Positions 27,756 to 40,300 of a stretch of 64,000 nucleotides of DNA are shown piece by piece. Source of the DNA: Lytechinus pictus (Eukaryota); the NCBI RefSeq assembly GCF_037042905.1, contig NC_087263.1, forward strand, positions 15,316,001-15,380,000. The letters run 5' to 3'. The notes beneath the pieces are model-generated. The model searched no databases, was not told the origin of the DNA, and saw only the letters and a program-made list of their open reading frames with translations. A program made the position numbers and the translations under genes. Positions within the stretch are counted from its first letter, which is position 1. The number at the start of each line of letters is the position of its first letter.

Positions 27756-28044
27756 CATGGCCGTACGCAGCGGGGGGGGGGGGGGGGGGGGGGGGGGCAG
27801 GGCGGGCAGTCTGTTGCCACCCCAACCCCTCCCGAGAAATTTTGAAAATCTACAATTTTTACTGAGAGTTTTCACAATATAGTTGTGCATGTAATCCCGG
27901 GCATGTAATCCTTAAATCCTTTCACCTTCTGACCTTAGAACACGAAAAGGCGCCTCCATGATAAACTCGGTCGCTTCACTCCTTCGCTTTAAAAAATTTA
28001 CGCGTCTTGCCCGCCAGGGGAAAAAAATCCTGCTTACGGTCATG
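27756..28044. mobile_element. Small hAT-like MITE with 8-bp TSD
   Basis: TAAACGAA|CATGGCCGTACGCAG ... CTGCTTACGGTCATG|TAAACGAA. Confidence 0.8.
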
Positions 28045-28074
28045 TAAACGAAAGCTATTATGACTGATTGTTCA

Positions 28075-28350
28075 CGGCCCCGTCTTACAAAGAGTTACGA
28101 TTGATCCAATCAATCGTAACTCTATGGAAATCCATCAGTGTCAAAAAAAATTTTCTACAGGAAATTTGCAAACTGTCCTTTGTAAATAAAGGAGAACACA
28201 CCAAATTGTCAAGAAATCAGTGAATTTATGGATATTCATTCATATCTAAATTTTTTTTGGAACAAACATGCATTTTACATGTTGACTTTGCTGGCTTTCC
28301 ATAGTTGCAATTGATCGGATCAATCGTAACTCTTTGTAAGACGGCCCCCA
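28075..28350. mobile_element. Harbinger-like MITE
   Basis: GGCCCCGTCTTACAAAGAGTTACGATTGATCC ... GGATCAATCGTAACTCTTTGTAAGACGGCCCC TIRs; relatives at ~37179-37325 and ~37352-37502. Confidence 0.7.
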
Positions 28351-28500
28351 TGGCTTTTATGCACATGCATCCTGCATCCATGCATGATTTATCTTCACGT
28401 GTTGTGAAGGGATCTAGAGTTTTTTGCTGCTGAAAATGTTGCATTTCTTTTACTAATTTCGATGACTGATGTCCTCGTTTAAGGTAGTTATACTCCTTAA

Positions 28501-28878
28501 AGGTATTGTTTAACTTTGTGAGCATCCGATTAAAAAAATTCTCAAACCAAGATGAAACGTGTGTACAAGTGCATGTATTAGAACTAATAAACCCTGAAAA
28601 CAACCATTATTGAGAATGAAAAGCTAAAACTACAAGGCAAACCCCGATTTTGTAAATATGCGTCTTATAGACGCCTAAACAGTACACATAAGTGTATGGG
28701 ATGAAATTAAGATGGTGTTTTCGGTCACTTTATATTTCAATTTTTGAAGCACTAAATAATTATTTTCGAACGCAATTTTTTCTGGGCTTCATTTTTGTAA
28801 CATATCACAGACACAGGTGACAAGTGTGACCTTCTAGCTCAGATTTTTTAAAAGTCAAACCAATGTTAACCAATCACT
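28501..28878 (+). mobile_element. Kolobok-like element; near-identical inverted copy at 39511-39887
   Basis: TTAA flanks on both sides; the sequence is the reverse complement of 39511-39887 with few substitutions. Confidence 0.8.
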
Positions 28879-29822
28879 TTAATAATGTGAGCATGCACGA
28901 ATTCGACCTTTTAAAAGGTAAGAGTATTAAAAGTTACATTAAAGATAAATAAATGCAATTTGTGGTGACGATTTCAAAAAAGTTGTACAGGATATCCCAT
29001 CTTATGACTATCCAAGTGTCTGTCTGTTGAATTTAATAAAAAAAAATGTGCTTAAGGATTGAGAAGGTTATAGTTTATATTGATAATATTATTGATTTTG
29101 CAGAAACTATGACACTGAGGAATCCGGTCGAGAACATTCTGAAGTAAGTATCATGTTATTTTTTCATTTATAAGGCTAAGAAGGTTCTACTAGTTAGTTA
29201 TATCAATTGCTTACCACTTTTAAAATGATGTTACTGTCGGATTTTTCCTGTCACATTCGGGATCGAGTTTGCCATTCAAATTATCATAATTTTGTATTTA
29301 GATAACATTATACTTGGGAGCCTCGAAAAGTCGGTACAAAAAAGGGAGAAAGTGCGAGTAAAGAAGCAGAATAAGAAAAAGAAACCAAAACAATCAAGGA
29401 GGAGAATGGAAGAAAATAAAAAAAAATAATAAAAATGAGAGAGGAGAACGAAAGATGAAAACAAGGAGGAAGAGAATGGGCAAAGTAAATGAAGTCGTAG
29501 AATTGGCAAATATACCATAAATTTCCGTACACTAGACGAGATACGACGAATATCACGATAAATTATAGAGAGCGCTATTAAAGCGCGAGGACGAAAACTG
29601 GACACTCTTTCTCGTCTTCCGCGGATCCAGGATTCATATTTGGGTGCATATTGAGTGTACATTGTCCCCAATATTTGACAAGGAAAAAAAGGTCACTAAC
29701 TAATGAAGGCCATTGGTATCCGGAAAAAAAAGACAAGCAAAAAAGGTCATCACTCCCAAATGAAGACATTTGAGCTCTACGTTTTACGGGTGGGCCCGCA
29801 CGCACGTTCAGCCCGCCTCCTA

Positions 29823-30076
29823 CACTGCAAAAACCCCGGTGTTGATTTAACACCAGCCCGGAATCTATATATATGTCTACATCATCTGCATCATAGAAGT
29901 ACTGAAACAACATCAGTATGGAATCAATCCGATGCTGTTCTAATACTAATTGGTGTTGTTGTATAAACACCTATATAGTGTTAGACCAATGGTGTTGTTT
30001 AACACTTCTCTGATGAGGACATATATAAATTAAGATTCCAGGCTGGTGTTAAATCAACACCGAAGTTTTCGCAGTG
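29823..30076. mobile_element. CAC..GTG MITE (EnSpm-like)
   Basis: CACTGCAAAAACCCCGGTGTTGATTTAACACCAGCC ... GGCTGGTGTTAAATCAACACCGAAGTTTTCGCAGTG. Confidence 0.7.
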
Positions 30077-31988
30077 TTAAAGACTATTTTTTGGAGTAAA
30101 CATGGGGTGTAAATATTCCACTTAACACTTTGTAAAACACCAACAGGAATCAACGCCTTCTCGACGGGAATGCACGCGGAAGAACAACATCGGGTTCTTT
30201 AAGATGCACAAGTGCGGCAGTAGTACCCTGCAGAACGTCCTGATGCGGTACGGTGACAGATATAACCTGAATTTTGTACTTCCGTGGCGCTCGAATGTGT
30301 TCAGCCAGACACATTTGAGATTAAGCATGGACTTGGTCAAGTCTTTTCCTGTTCACGACTACAACATTCTCTGCCACCACACGCGATATAGCAAAGAAGG
30401 TAAGATAATTATGCTCACTACACACACAAGGGGCAGCAGTTGCAGCAATTTGGTGTTGTAGCAAAATAACCCAATAAAAAAGGAAAAATAAAAAAGTATT
30501 ATAGAGGTAATGCCCCTTACCCCAAAACTTTTTATTTTGCCCCCCACTTTCACCCCTTCCCATTTAAAAATCCATGTGCGGTGTTCTGGTGGATAACCAT
30601 ATCCATAGAAGAGAATTCAGCATATCTCAAAAAAAAAAAAAAAAAAATTGCTCATCTGAGAGAACAATTCTTCTTCATACTGTGAAAATTTGAAGTCATG
30701 AAATTGAATTTTTAAAAAGATACAAGAGTTTATTGGACACTATTTTTTCGGACTGCTTGGAAGTATCACTGAGATTACACAGTATGCACATCTCATGCTT
30801 GAGTGAACCCCAACTTCAAACCTTGTTTTCTCCTTATTTTTAAGCTCTTGCTGAATTTCCTCTGCATTCAATCTGGTTATTTTTTGTCAATGTTAACATA
30901 TCATATATCATTTTAAAGCTTAGGAAGTGAATTTTCAGGCTCAATGAAAACTTCAATATTGTTGGTTTGGGGGTGGCAGGTCACTAATGATAATGTACAT
31001 ATTTCTTATTTATTTTTTTCGTAACCGTATATAGGACTGTATTGTATTTTTCTGAAGTACAACATGTACCCACGAATCTTCACCTTATTACCGATCCTTC
31101 TCTCTCTCTCTCTCTTATCATGCTTATTGAAGGAATAGTATGTGACCCCCTTCGCTAATTTAAGGGGATAGATTTTTCTGTTATACCATTATTTTAACGA
31201 AGATTTTTTTTCTAATGTGAGGAAAATTGAGTAGGTAATATAGTAATAGTGAATATAAATGAGGAAGAGGAAAGATATGGGGAACGGACATCAGAGAAAG
31301 AAAAAAATAATCAGAAAGAATGAAGAAAAGACCCCCCCCCCCCACCACCACAAAAAAAGCATTTGATTAAGAATCGTATCATCCGGACAAGGCATATAAC
31401 ACGACATGTGAATAATGATACAAAAAATATATTTTGTTAATATTCATACACGTAAAGGTATCGGGTAATTTTGTGGAAGTTCGCAAAAAATCTGTGCTTT
31501 CGGGCCCTACATGCTGCTCGTGCTGCAATAATGTTTCAAGAAGGAACCCCAAAAAATATTTCAATAAGCATCATCCTTCGCATTAAGTAAAAATCAAAAT
31601 TTATAGCCCACCTAATGGACTGCAAGGGTTACTCAGGGCTGAAAATAACCGTATCTCGAGAAAAATCCGAAGGGCGAAACGCTTAAAATATCAAAATCTC
31701 ATAACAAATAACGAAGTTATTGATTTATTTTTTAAAGATTATATTAGCATTATTTTGGGAAAACAGTTATGTGGACACCGCCGTAAATAGGCAAAAGTTG
31801 GGCTGATGAAGTAATGACACCACTTGCCGTTTCCTTGTGTTACATGAAATCACAATTATTTCATATTTTCGTACATTTGTGTACGATATGTCTCATTAAA
31901 TAAATGAATTATCGAGGGGAGCGTTTCTTAAAGTCTCGTCAGATGTTTTTATTGGCCGGAATATAGTTTTTACGACAGCTACCATAGG

Positions 31989-32368
31989 CACTAGCGTACC
32001 TACGGGGGGGGGGGGGGGGGCAGTCTTCCCCCCCTGACGAGTCACAACCCATGCAAAGGACGTATCCCTGCCCCCCTAAAGACCTTTATTGCCCCCCTGA
32101 CGAGCTTGAAGACCTTTTTTGCCCCCCCCTCCCCTGACGAGCTTGAAAACCTTTTTTTTTTTTTTTTTTTTGCTTGTCAATTTTTTTTCTGGTTCGAAAT
32201 CCTATGCTTGTGGTTGAGGACCTTTTTCTTTTTTTTTTGCTTGTCAATTGTTTTTCTGGTTCGAAATCCTATATTTGTGGCTGAATAACTTTTTTTTTTT
32301 GCTTGTCAAATTTTTTGGCGGACGGTTTTGCCCCCCCCCCCCTGTGGAAAATCCTAGGTACGCTATTG
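31989..32368. mobile_element. hAT-like MITE (TSD ACCATAGG/GCCATAGG); same family as 46317-46532
   Basis: CACTAGCGTACC ... GGTACGCTATTG termini, 7/8 TSD match, shared internal CCCCTGACGAGCTTGAAGACC. Confidence 0.75.
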
Positions 32369-32457
32369 GCCATAGGAATCATTTTTCTTAGCCTATCACC
32401 ATCAAGGAAAGCTGTCCGATCGGACAACTTATGTGACGAAATCTGTCGATGAAGCGA

Positions 32458-32587
32458 ATGGTGGCCCTAAAGGTACATCGCAAATAGACCAAATCGCGAA
32501 TATTCACGACGAAATTCACGACATCGCCAATTTCGTCGTGAATATTCGCAATTTAGTCTATTTGCGATGTCCCTTCAGGGCCACCAT
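32458..32587. repeat. ~130-bp hairpin/MITE
   Basis: ATGGTGGCCCTAAAGGTACATCGCAAATAGACC..ATTCACGACGAAATT / AATTTCGTCGTGAAT..GTCTATTTGCGATGTCCCTTCAGGGCCACCAT. Confidence 0.85.
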
Positions 32588-33647
32588 ATAGAAGCGCTCT
32601 CCTAATTAAAGATCACTCTTCTGCATCATTTTACTTGCCATTTTGTTTTCCTGCAGGCTTTGATTCTTTGTTGCCGGCTGACTCTACATACGTGACTATT
32701 ATCCGGGACCCGACCACCCTCTTCGAATCCTTGTACACCTACTTCCGTTACGACGAGTGTTTCGGCGTTCCCTTAGAAACCTTCCTGGAGAACCCGCAAC
32801 AGTATGACCGATCCCACAGTTTTGGAGACACGGACACTGGATGCTACGCCAAAGACAGTATGCTCTTTGAGCTTGGTCTTGATGATACCGAAAAGGCCGA
32901 CCCCAAGGTCATCGAGGAAATGATCCACAGGACTGCCTCCGAATTCGAGCTCGTCATGATCATGGAATACTTCTCCGAGTCACTGATCCTGCTTAAAGAA
33001 CTCATGTGCTGGGATCTTGAAGACGTCTCCTACTTCGTGGTGAACGGCCGTGCCACCTCTTTCATCAATAAACTATCTGACGTAACGGCGGAGAGAATAC
33101 GAAAGTGGAATAATGGGAACACCGAGTTATATCGTTTCTTCAACGAGACGTTCTGGAGGAAAGTGAAATAATTTTGAGAAGACCGCATGCGGGAAGAAGT
33201 AGCCAAACTTGAGGAGGTGAATAGGAGAATGGCCGACCGATGCGTCCAGAAAGAAATTCTCAATGCTGTTTGGCACCCGGATGGTGTAGATATCAAGAGT
33301 TATCAAGTGAAAGACTCGGCAAGAAACGACCGGGATTGTCAGTTGATAACAAAAGGAGAACTTGCGTTCACTAATTACCTCCGGAAGAAACAGCTAGAAA
33401 AATATTTTGGACTGAAACTCATGGACGAACTGTGACACATATTGCATACATTTAATAGAGAAATATAGACTTGGTAAAAGCCTTCATTCTTTTTATTGAA
33501 TAAAAAAAGTTTTAATTTAATTAATAAGCCATTTCTGAATATGCTACATAGCAACTTTCCACAAGAAATTTCCTTTCTTATCAAGAATATATTGGTACTC
33601 AAATATTTTTGTTTGAAAGTGTGTTATATAAGCTTGCCTGACTTATC

Positions 33648-33867
33648 AATTCGTCGGCTTCCAGCGAGAAGGAATTTAGTGTAATTTCTATGATTATTTT
33701 CTTTTGTTATGCCCTCTTTAATTTTTTAATATTCTGAGTTTTTCTTGAAATTTTAAAATAATTTTTGCCTTATTGAATAGCCTACGATTATACTCTTTTA
33801 ATATTTGATAAGAAAAAATAATTGTAAAAATTACATTAAGTCCCTTCTTGCGGGAAGCCGACGAATC
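33648..33867. repeat. Inverted-repeat element between the two convergent genes
   Basis: TTCGTCGGCTTCCAGCGAGAAGGAATTTAGTGTAATTT ... AAATTACATTAAGTCCCTTCTTGCGGGAAGCCGACGAA. Confidence 0.7.
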
Positions 33868-34309
33868 AACTCTAAAAACGTACGAATTGTAAAGCAAATC
33901 CGAAAATCATGTCATCTTTTGAGACCTTACGTCACTTTTGCGAAATGATCGGCGTTCGTACGAAATTCGTAAGAACGCCGTAAAAATTCATGTCCCATCC
34001 ATGAATCCCAAATTTCGTATGAACAGTAAGATTCGTACAAAGCCATCGTTCGTACCTTTGTGGCATAAGCTTTTCTTACGCACTGCCAGTGCACCCTTGA
34101 CAAATCTCGATCCATTTTTCTGCACATCTTGGTTTTGACATTGAGTTTTCAAACTTGTCTTTATCATCTATGCGTAATTTGATATCAAGGTTTAAAACAA
34201 AATCTATTTCGTGTTCATGTAAGTGAAAGACCGTCAGTTGATTGCTTATTTAGAAAAAAAATAATTGAGAATCCCGGGTTCCTTATTTGTGGGACGGTAT
34301 GGATTGCGA

Positions 34310-37300
34310 TCACCACCCGATGTTCTCCCCGTCGTCCAGTGTCTCTGGGATCTTCTTGCCCTTAGTCTCGGGGAGAAGATAAGAGAGGGCTCCGGCTGAC
34401 AGCGCGACGGAACCAAAGATCACTTCCGGTAAAGGGGTCCACCATCTGCGAAAGACCAGGAACTGCGGGACCAGGATGTTGGCAAAGCTAGAACAGGACC
34501 AGATCAACCCCAGACCAGTATTCCTTGATGGAAGCAAGAGGAGATTGAAAGAATGACGGTTTTATTATTTTTCCACATGTTTGTCAAACTGTGATTTCGC
34601 CAAATTCAGTTGTGGTAGACTGACAGGCCGGTAGGGGGTCTGCTACCAAGAATATGCCTACTACGATACTTGGCCAACAAATGTGATAAATATTCTTGGG
34701 CAAGTAATCAAGTGCCAATGGGACTCAAGTGCAAAGGGACTAAATTAATGACACTCCCTCATTGGAATTTACATGAACACTGATGAATTGGTAGTTCTCC
34801 CAAATATTGTTCATGCAATCAGTGATACAAAGTTCTCAAATATGCATCATTAACTTTATGTGATATTTCCCCCTATTTATGACATTAGGGTACAGACCGC
34901 GGAAGGGAAGGGGGGGGGGGTCTTTGATATGATAGGACATAACCTTCAAAGTAATGTGCAGGTATTGGCCAACTTTTAAACCCCATTTTTTTCTAGACAT
35001 CTCGGCCTTCTTACTGAAATGGTTTCAGGTATATTTACCTGACAACAGTTGGGAATATTTCACAGCCACGTAGATCGATGATGTTGAATGCGGCTGAGAC
35101 GGCAAACTTCCCCACCATAGCAAGCACAGTTTTCCCAATGCCCTGGGCTGTATGATTTAATACATGAAAGATTAGGTAAGCCGTCTTAAGATGCAATGGC
35201 CAAGGTTTTATATCGACTGTTCTTGTGTTAATTAAGGCAACTCGTCAAAAACCGTTGGCACGTGTTTTAGCAGGATTCCTGTTATAAGGATTTTATCCGT
35301 CTTTTCATTTTAGTATTCCTGCAATCCCACATTGTCGTAATTGTCCCATTGTTTTGTCCATGGTGACTGTGATGACTTGTATTAGCTGCTTGCAATATTC
35401 TCGGAAAGACATATGGCTCCGACTTTTGATGACAAGCCACCTTAAGACTATGTAATTTACGCCAGGTTTGTCACTTTAACCTCCTTCACGAATTGCATCC
35501 AATTTGCCAGCCTGTAATGAAGATCAAAGATTCTTACGTAGGAATCCCGAAGCGAGGAGCACGGCGCCACACAGGAGCTGCATCGCCATGTACGTCGGCC
35601 TCCTTGACCAGTATTCTATGGCGAAAACCGCGAAGAATGAGGCGGGGATCTCGACCGCACCGGAGACGGCAAACGCCACGTAGATATTCACCCCTAAGGA
35701 GTCCGTCCCAAGAGAGATTCCGTAGTATACGATAGAGACTGCAATCCTATTAGTGAAACAGATGACATTAGAAGATGGGGAGGATAGTAAAAAAAAAGGG
35801 GGGGGGGTCGGGGTGAGCAAGTAGAGAGGGCAATTTTTTTTTCACTTTTCAAAATCTATGCGATAGGAATTTTGAGTGCCCGTCCGAAGTATTGTACTAA
35901 AAATTTGCTAATCCCCTCCCCCCTCCGAAAAAAAATGAGCTGAGTATGAATTCCTCATAAAGGCCCTCTGGCTACGCCCAGCTCTTTTTTTTAATGACTG
36001 TTTGATGCACTCGCACCGTAATGAATGATAAAGCGCGTCATTAGTCCATACGCCTGATACTCTTGTTTTATGATTCCAAAGCAACTTTATTCCGCACTCT
36101 GCGCCTGCGCACCTCCGAGTGTCAATGATGGTAGTTTGGAATCAAGTAGGACTATGACAGTATTATCAATATCTAAAAAGCAAATAAAACAACACTCGAA
36201 CCAGAAACATTTAAGGGGTTTGAAAAGCTTACAATTGCCACACCAGATTGATCGTATAGCATCGTAATTTGGGATGACGGAAAAGCTCAATGAGATCTCG
36301 CTTCAGACCACCTCCTTCGTCCTACGAAAAAAAATGAATAAAACCAAACTAAAAATGATATTCGATATTAAATCCGAACATTGCGAGGTTTATTACAGGT
36401 TTACTTCACTCATACAGTGTCATATGTAAACTCAGAGTTCAGCATTCTGAAGTGCAGTTTAACTTGGACCATGCATGAGTTGTGGGAAGCCGAAAGTGTC
36501 AACATCTTGTGTACATTATATGTTTGGGTTTTTTAACACTTTATTTCGCCATGCGTGTTAATGATGAAGATAACTACAACAGTCATTATTCTCAGAAAGC
36601 TATGAATGATTTCACATTCAAATAAGTTGATAAATTGAACCTGTACTGTAAAATATAACCTTCAGGGTGACACGACATTTGCTCCTGCGACAATTGCTCC
36701 TGGCGCAATTTCGTCCAAAATGTAGGTCTTGGGGTAGGGTTGCAATGAGGTTTTATGCTAGGTTTAGGGTAGGGTTTAGCGTTAATAAACCCCAGGGTTG
36801 AAGTTGGCCATTCGATTAGTGTGTGGATTTTAGAGCGGAGCAATTGTCGCCGGAGCAAATGTCATGGAACCACATATCAGAGTCGGTTATCCATAGTCAA
36901 ACCACAACTTAAGACCAGAGTAAATCCGCAGAGTTTAAATTAAACCCAAGGTCAGAATACTGGCCGAATGTCCAATCACGTCTTAAGACAACTCCAATAC
37001 CATGGTTTCTGCGTCCAAGGGGTTGCCATCACTATTGCGACCTATTAGCATACCGTATGCGCGGTCAGAGTTTGTGCATGCTTTAATTGCCTTTTATATG
37101 ATTCGATCCATTTAAATATTCACAAAAAAAGAGATAACCCAACATGTCCAATGTAATAAGGTGCAAAAATACGACTGCAGGGGCCCATTGCAGAAAGAGT
37201 TGCGTTTAAACACAGCCTAAAAACCAATCGCAAGTCCCAAATGTGCGCTGTCGATTGGTTGAAAATCAAGTTGCGCATGCTTTTTAGAGTTGCGATTGAT

Positions 37301-40300
37301 TGTAACTCTTTCTGCAACCGGCCCCATATATATTAAATACAATTAATTCCAGTGTCCCGTTGCATAAAAGTTACTATTATGGTAACTTTGCCATCCAGTG
37401 GTAACTCCATGTTAACGATGCTCAACGGCCAATCAGAATCAATGATTCCGTGAAAGATTCGATTGCATGGTAAATAATGGTAACTTTTATGCAACGGGGC
37501 GCAGGTACGTAGGTAAGCAGGATACTAAGCAGTCCGTACGTTTACGGCTATTGAGTAAATCGTCACAATGTCCATTGAAAATTTATTTTGAAATTTTCCA
37601 AACTTTCTTGTGACATTGAACCTTATGATTAGTAGATTTATTGGGAATAGATCCCAACTGGAAGATAGGAACTTTCGAGAAATAAAGGAACACGATCCTC
37701 GGATTCAAGAAGACGCTGTCGGACGAATTTTGTACTCGCCGCCATCTTCATTCCGGACTTTTTGCATTTACTACGGGGAAACTCTTTACACAAATTCCTT
37801 GAAAATGCAATTCAAATCACACTGGAGAGCTGAGAGGCTTTTGTCGAGAGTTGGTGGACCGGAACAGAATCGGAATCTCTTGAATCTGGACAACGACATA
37901 ATCAATTGTTCGTCCGGTGCAAACCTTCGGATGATTTGCTGTCCCAATCCACCAACATTCGACAAAAGCCTCTCAGCTCTCCATTGAGATTCTAATTGCA
38001 TTTTTGAAAGGAATCGATGCGTTGCAGAGAGTTTCCCCGTAGTAAATGCGAAAACTCCCGATTTACGGAGATGATCGACGTAATTTGCATTCACCTGTCA
38101 ATCACCAATCAGTTTCGCAGCACATGCACAGTCCAAAATGAAACATACACTGCTGCACTGCTTTTGGCTACATCGGCGTTGCCCCAGACATCTACTGACG
38201 TCACTTCACACAGCAGAAGCAGGCAGATCTATGCAACCTGCCAAGATTTTCGAACAACTAGTGCAGCCGAATCGTACGCGAGCAGAGCATCGGGCATTCA
38301 GAACATGGCATCTGCGTACGCATCGTGCCACTTTGGTACCCTCTTGAATCCGAGAATTGTGCTCCTTGAAAACAAAAACCTGGATTGTTTCCATGAAATG
38401 CCTGGTTCGGTGAGATCCCAACCATCCGATGATTCAGAAGTAAGCCGAAGTCATTTGAGAAGAATTGCATACATGAAACGCTGTGTATTGCCTTACCGAT
38501 TTTGCAGCCACTTTGTCCATATTGAACGCCTCTTTAATTTCCACTTTGTTCCATCTTGCCAGTCGTTTTATGATATCTTCCGCCTCTTTTTTGCGTCCTC
38601 TCATGAGCAACCATCTTGGAGATTCTGGAATCGTTCTTCGCGGGAGGAAGGGAAAACCCGTAGACTTCTGACTTTTGTATTTGACTGATCGGTGGGTTAT
38701 ATTGCAAACGTGGGTATTCGAGTTGAGGACATTAAGGTGGATAGTTACTCAGGATAATAATATTGTTATCCTTTTTACAAACTGTCATTGATATTAAAAG
38801 AAAGAACGTTTCCAGCCATTTCCCCTCAAATTCGCAAATAGGTTACACAAATTAGTAGACTGCCCTATTCTTTGAAAATTAAGTACACGTTTCGCTAAAA
38901 CAACACCTACTTTTGTCTTAAAAATACAATTTTAATCCCCTTTCAAAAAGTAAAACAGACAATTACAAACTAGTACCATAAAAACACAACAATTTTTCGT
39001 TCAATTTCGGGTACAGAATGTACTCTGAATACCAACTTGGAGCTGAGGTAGGCAATACAATGGTATTTTCTTTTAGGCAAGAGGCTACTATAAAATTTAC
39101 TTACAACCCCGTGATCAGAAGTAGGACTGGAATAACAGACACGGTCAGTTGAAGATAGCGCCAATTTCTGATCAGGTATGCTAGCAATGCCAAACCCATG
39201 TATCCTAACGAATAGAAAAGCCATATGACGTTTCCCGCCCAGTTGCGTTTAGATGGTCCAACTATTTCATTGGCTGACGTGAAAAGGAAGAAAAGAATAA
39301 CGTTATAGGCCTGAATTCTCAACTCTGGTCTTAACGTTGGAAGCCAAAAGTTACATTACTATCTAGAATTAGTTGATTTGTTGATTTGTCCGCATTCAAA
39401 TCATTAAAATTAAACTTGAAATGATAAATACACTAGTTTTTCTTATCCATTAAAACATTTTTGTAAAACATGGGAAAGACCCAAGTAAACACAAGAAGCA
39501 TTGCAGTTAAAGTGATTGGTTAACATTGGTTTGACTTTTTAAAAATCTGAGCTAGAAGGTCACACTTGTCACCTGTGTCTGTGATATCTTACAAAAACGA
39601 AGCCCAGAAAAAATTGCGTTCGAAAATAATTATTTAGTGCTTCAAAAATTGAAATATAAAGTGACCGAAAACACCATCTTAATTTCATCTCATACACTTA
39701 TGTGTACTATTTAGGCGTCTATAAGACGCCTATTTACAAAATTGGGGTTTGCCTTGTAGTTTTGGCTTTTCATTCTCAATAGTGGTTGTTTTCAGGTTTA
39801 TTAGTTCTAATACATGCACTTGTACACATGTTTCATCTTGGTTTGAGAATTTTTTAAATCGGCTGCTCACAAAGTTAAACAATACCTTTACACAAATTTT
39901 TGACTCCCATACTTGTAGAGACAGAATTAGACCGTGGTTTGAATAAAACTTAAGACCAAAATACGGGTCAAAGAGTTTGAAAAAAAATCCAAATGAGATA
40001 TACTTATGTAGTAAGTTGGTCATCATAAAAAGAAATAATGTCCATCATTATGAATAAATCAATATTTTTACAATAGTTCGATAGATGATTAATTTTATTT
40101 AAAGAAAGACAAATAATTTGTGCGAAATTGTGTTTATCAGGAAGGCTGATCATTTAAAAAATTAATGTTTAATTTCTTACAAACGTTGTATTGTTTTTAT
40201 ATTGGTAACTCAAATCAAATCAAGTTTTATCGACAGAATTAGACCATGACTTAAGTAAATCGGAGTCCAGAATACGGGCCAAAGAAATATCCTTCCGAAG

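Larger units (their letters stand above)
24813..33435 (+). pseudogene. Galactose-3-O-sulfotransferase (GAL3ST family) gene, 4 coding exons: 24813-24922, 29104-29143, 30147-30399, 32657-33435; premature stops at 33169-33171 and 33175-33177 (truncated allele or pseudogene)
   Basis: N-terminal signal anchor MSQFFLKNVLQIFMAGAITGVFLLLFRR; PAPS-binding motifs FKMHKCGSST and TIIRDP..FES; ESLILLKELMCW and FWRKV family motifs. All introns are GT-AG with consistent phases (2,0,1). Readthrough length 393 aa; 305 aa to the first stop. Confidence 0.88.

Noticed and set aside
33163..33181. Micro-intron (GTGAAATAATTTTGAG or ..GAGAAG) that would remove the GAL3ST stops
   Set aside because: 16 or 19 nt is too short for a spliceosomal intron, and neither length preserves the frame.
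37610..38688. 125-aa and 223-aa plus-strand ORFs
   Set aside because: They lie over a foldback repeat and the antisense of SLC22 exon 38635-38497; no recognisable protein motifs.
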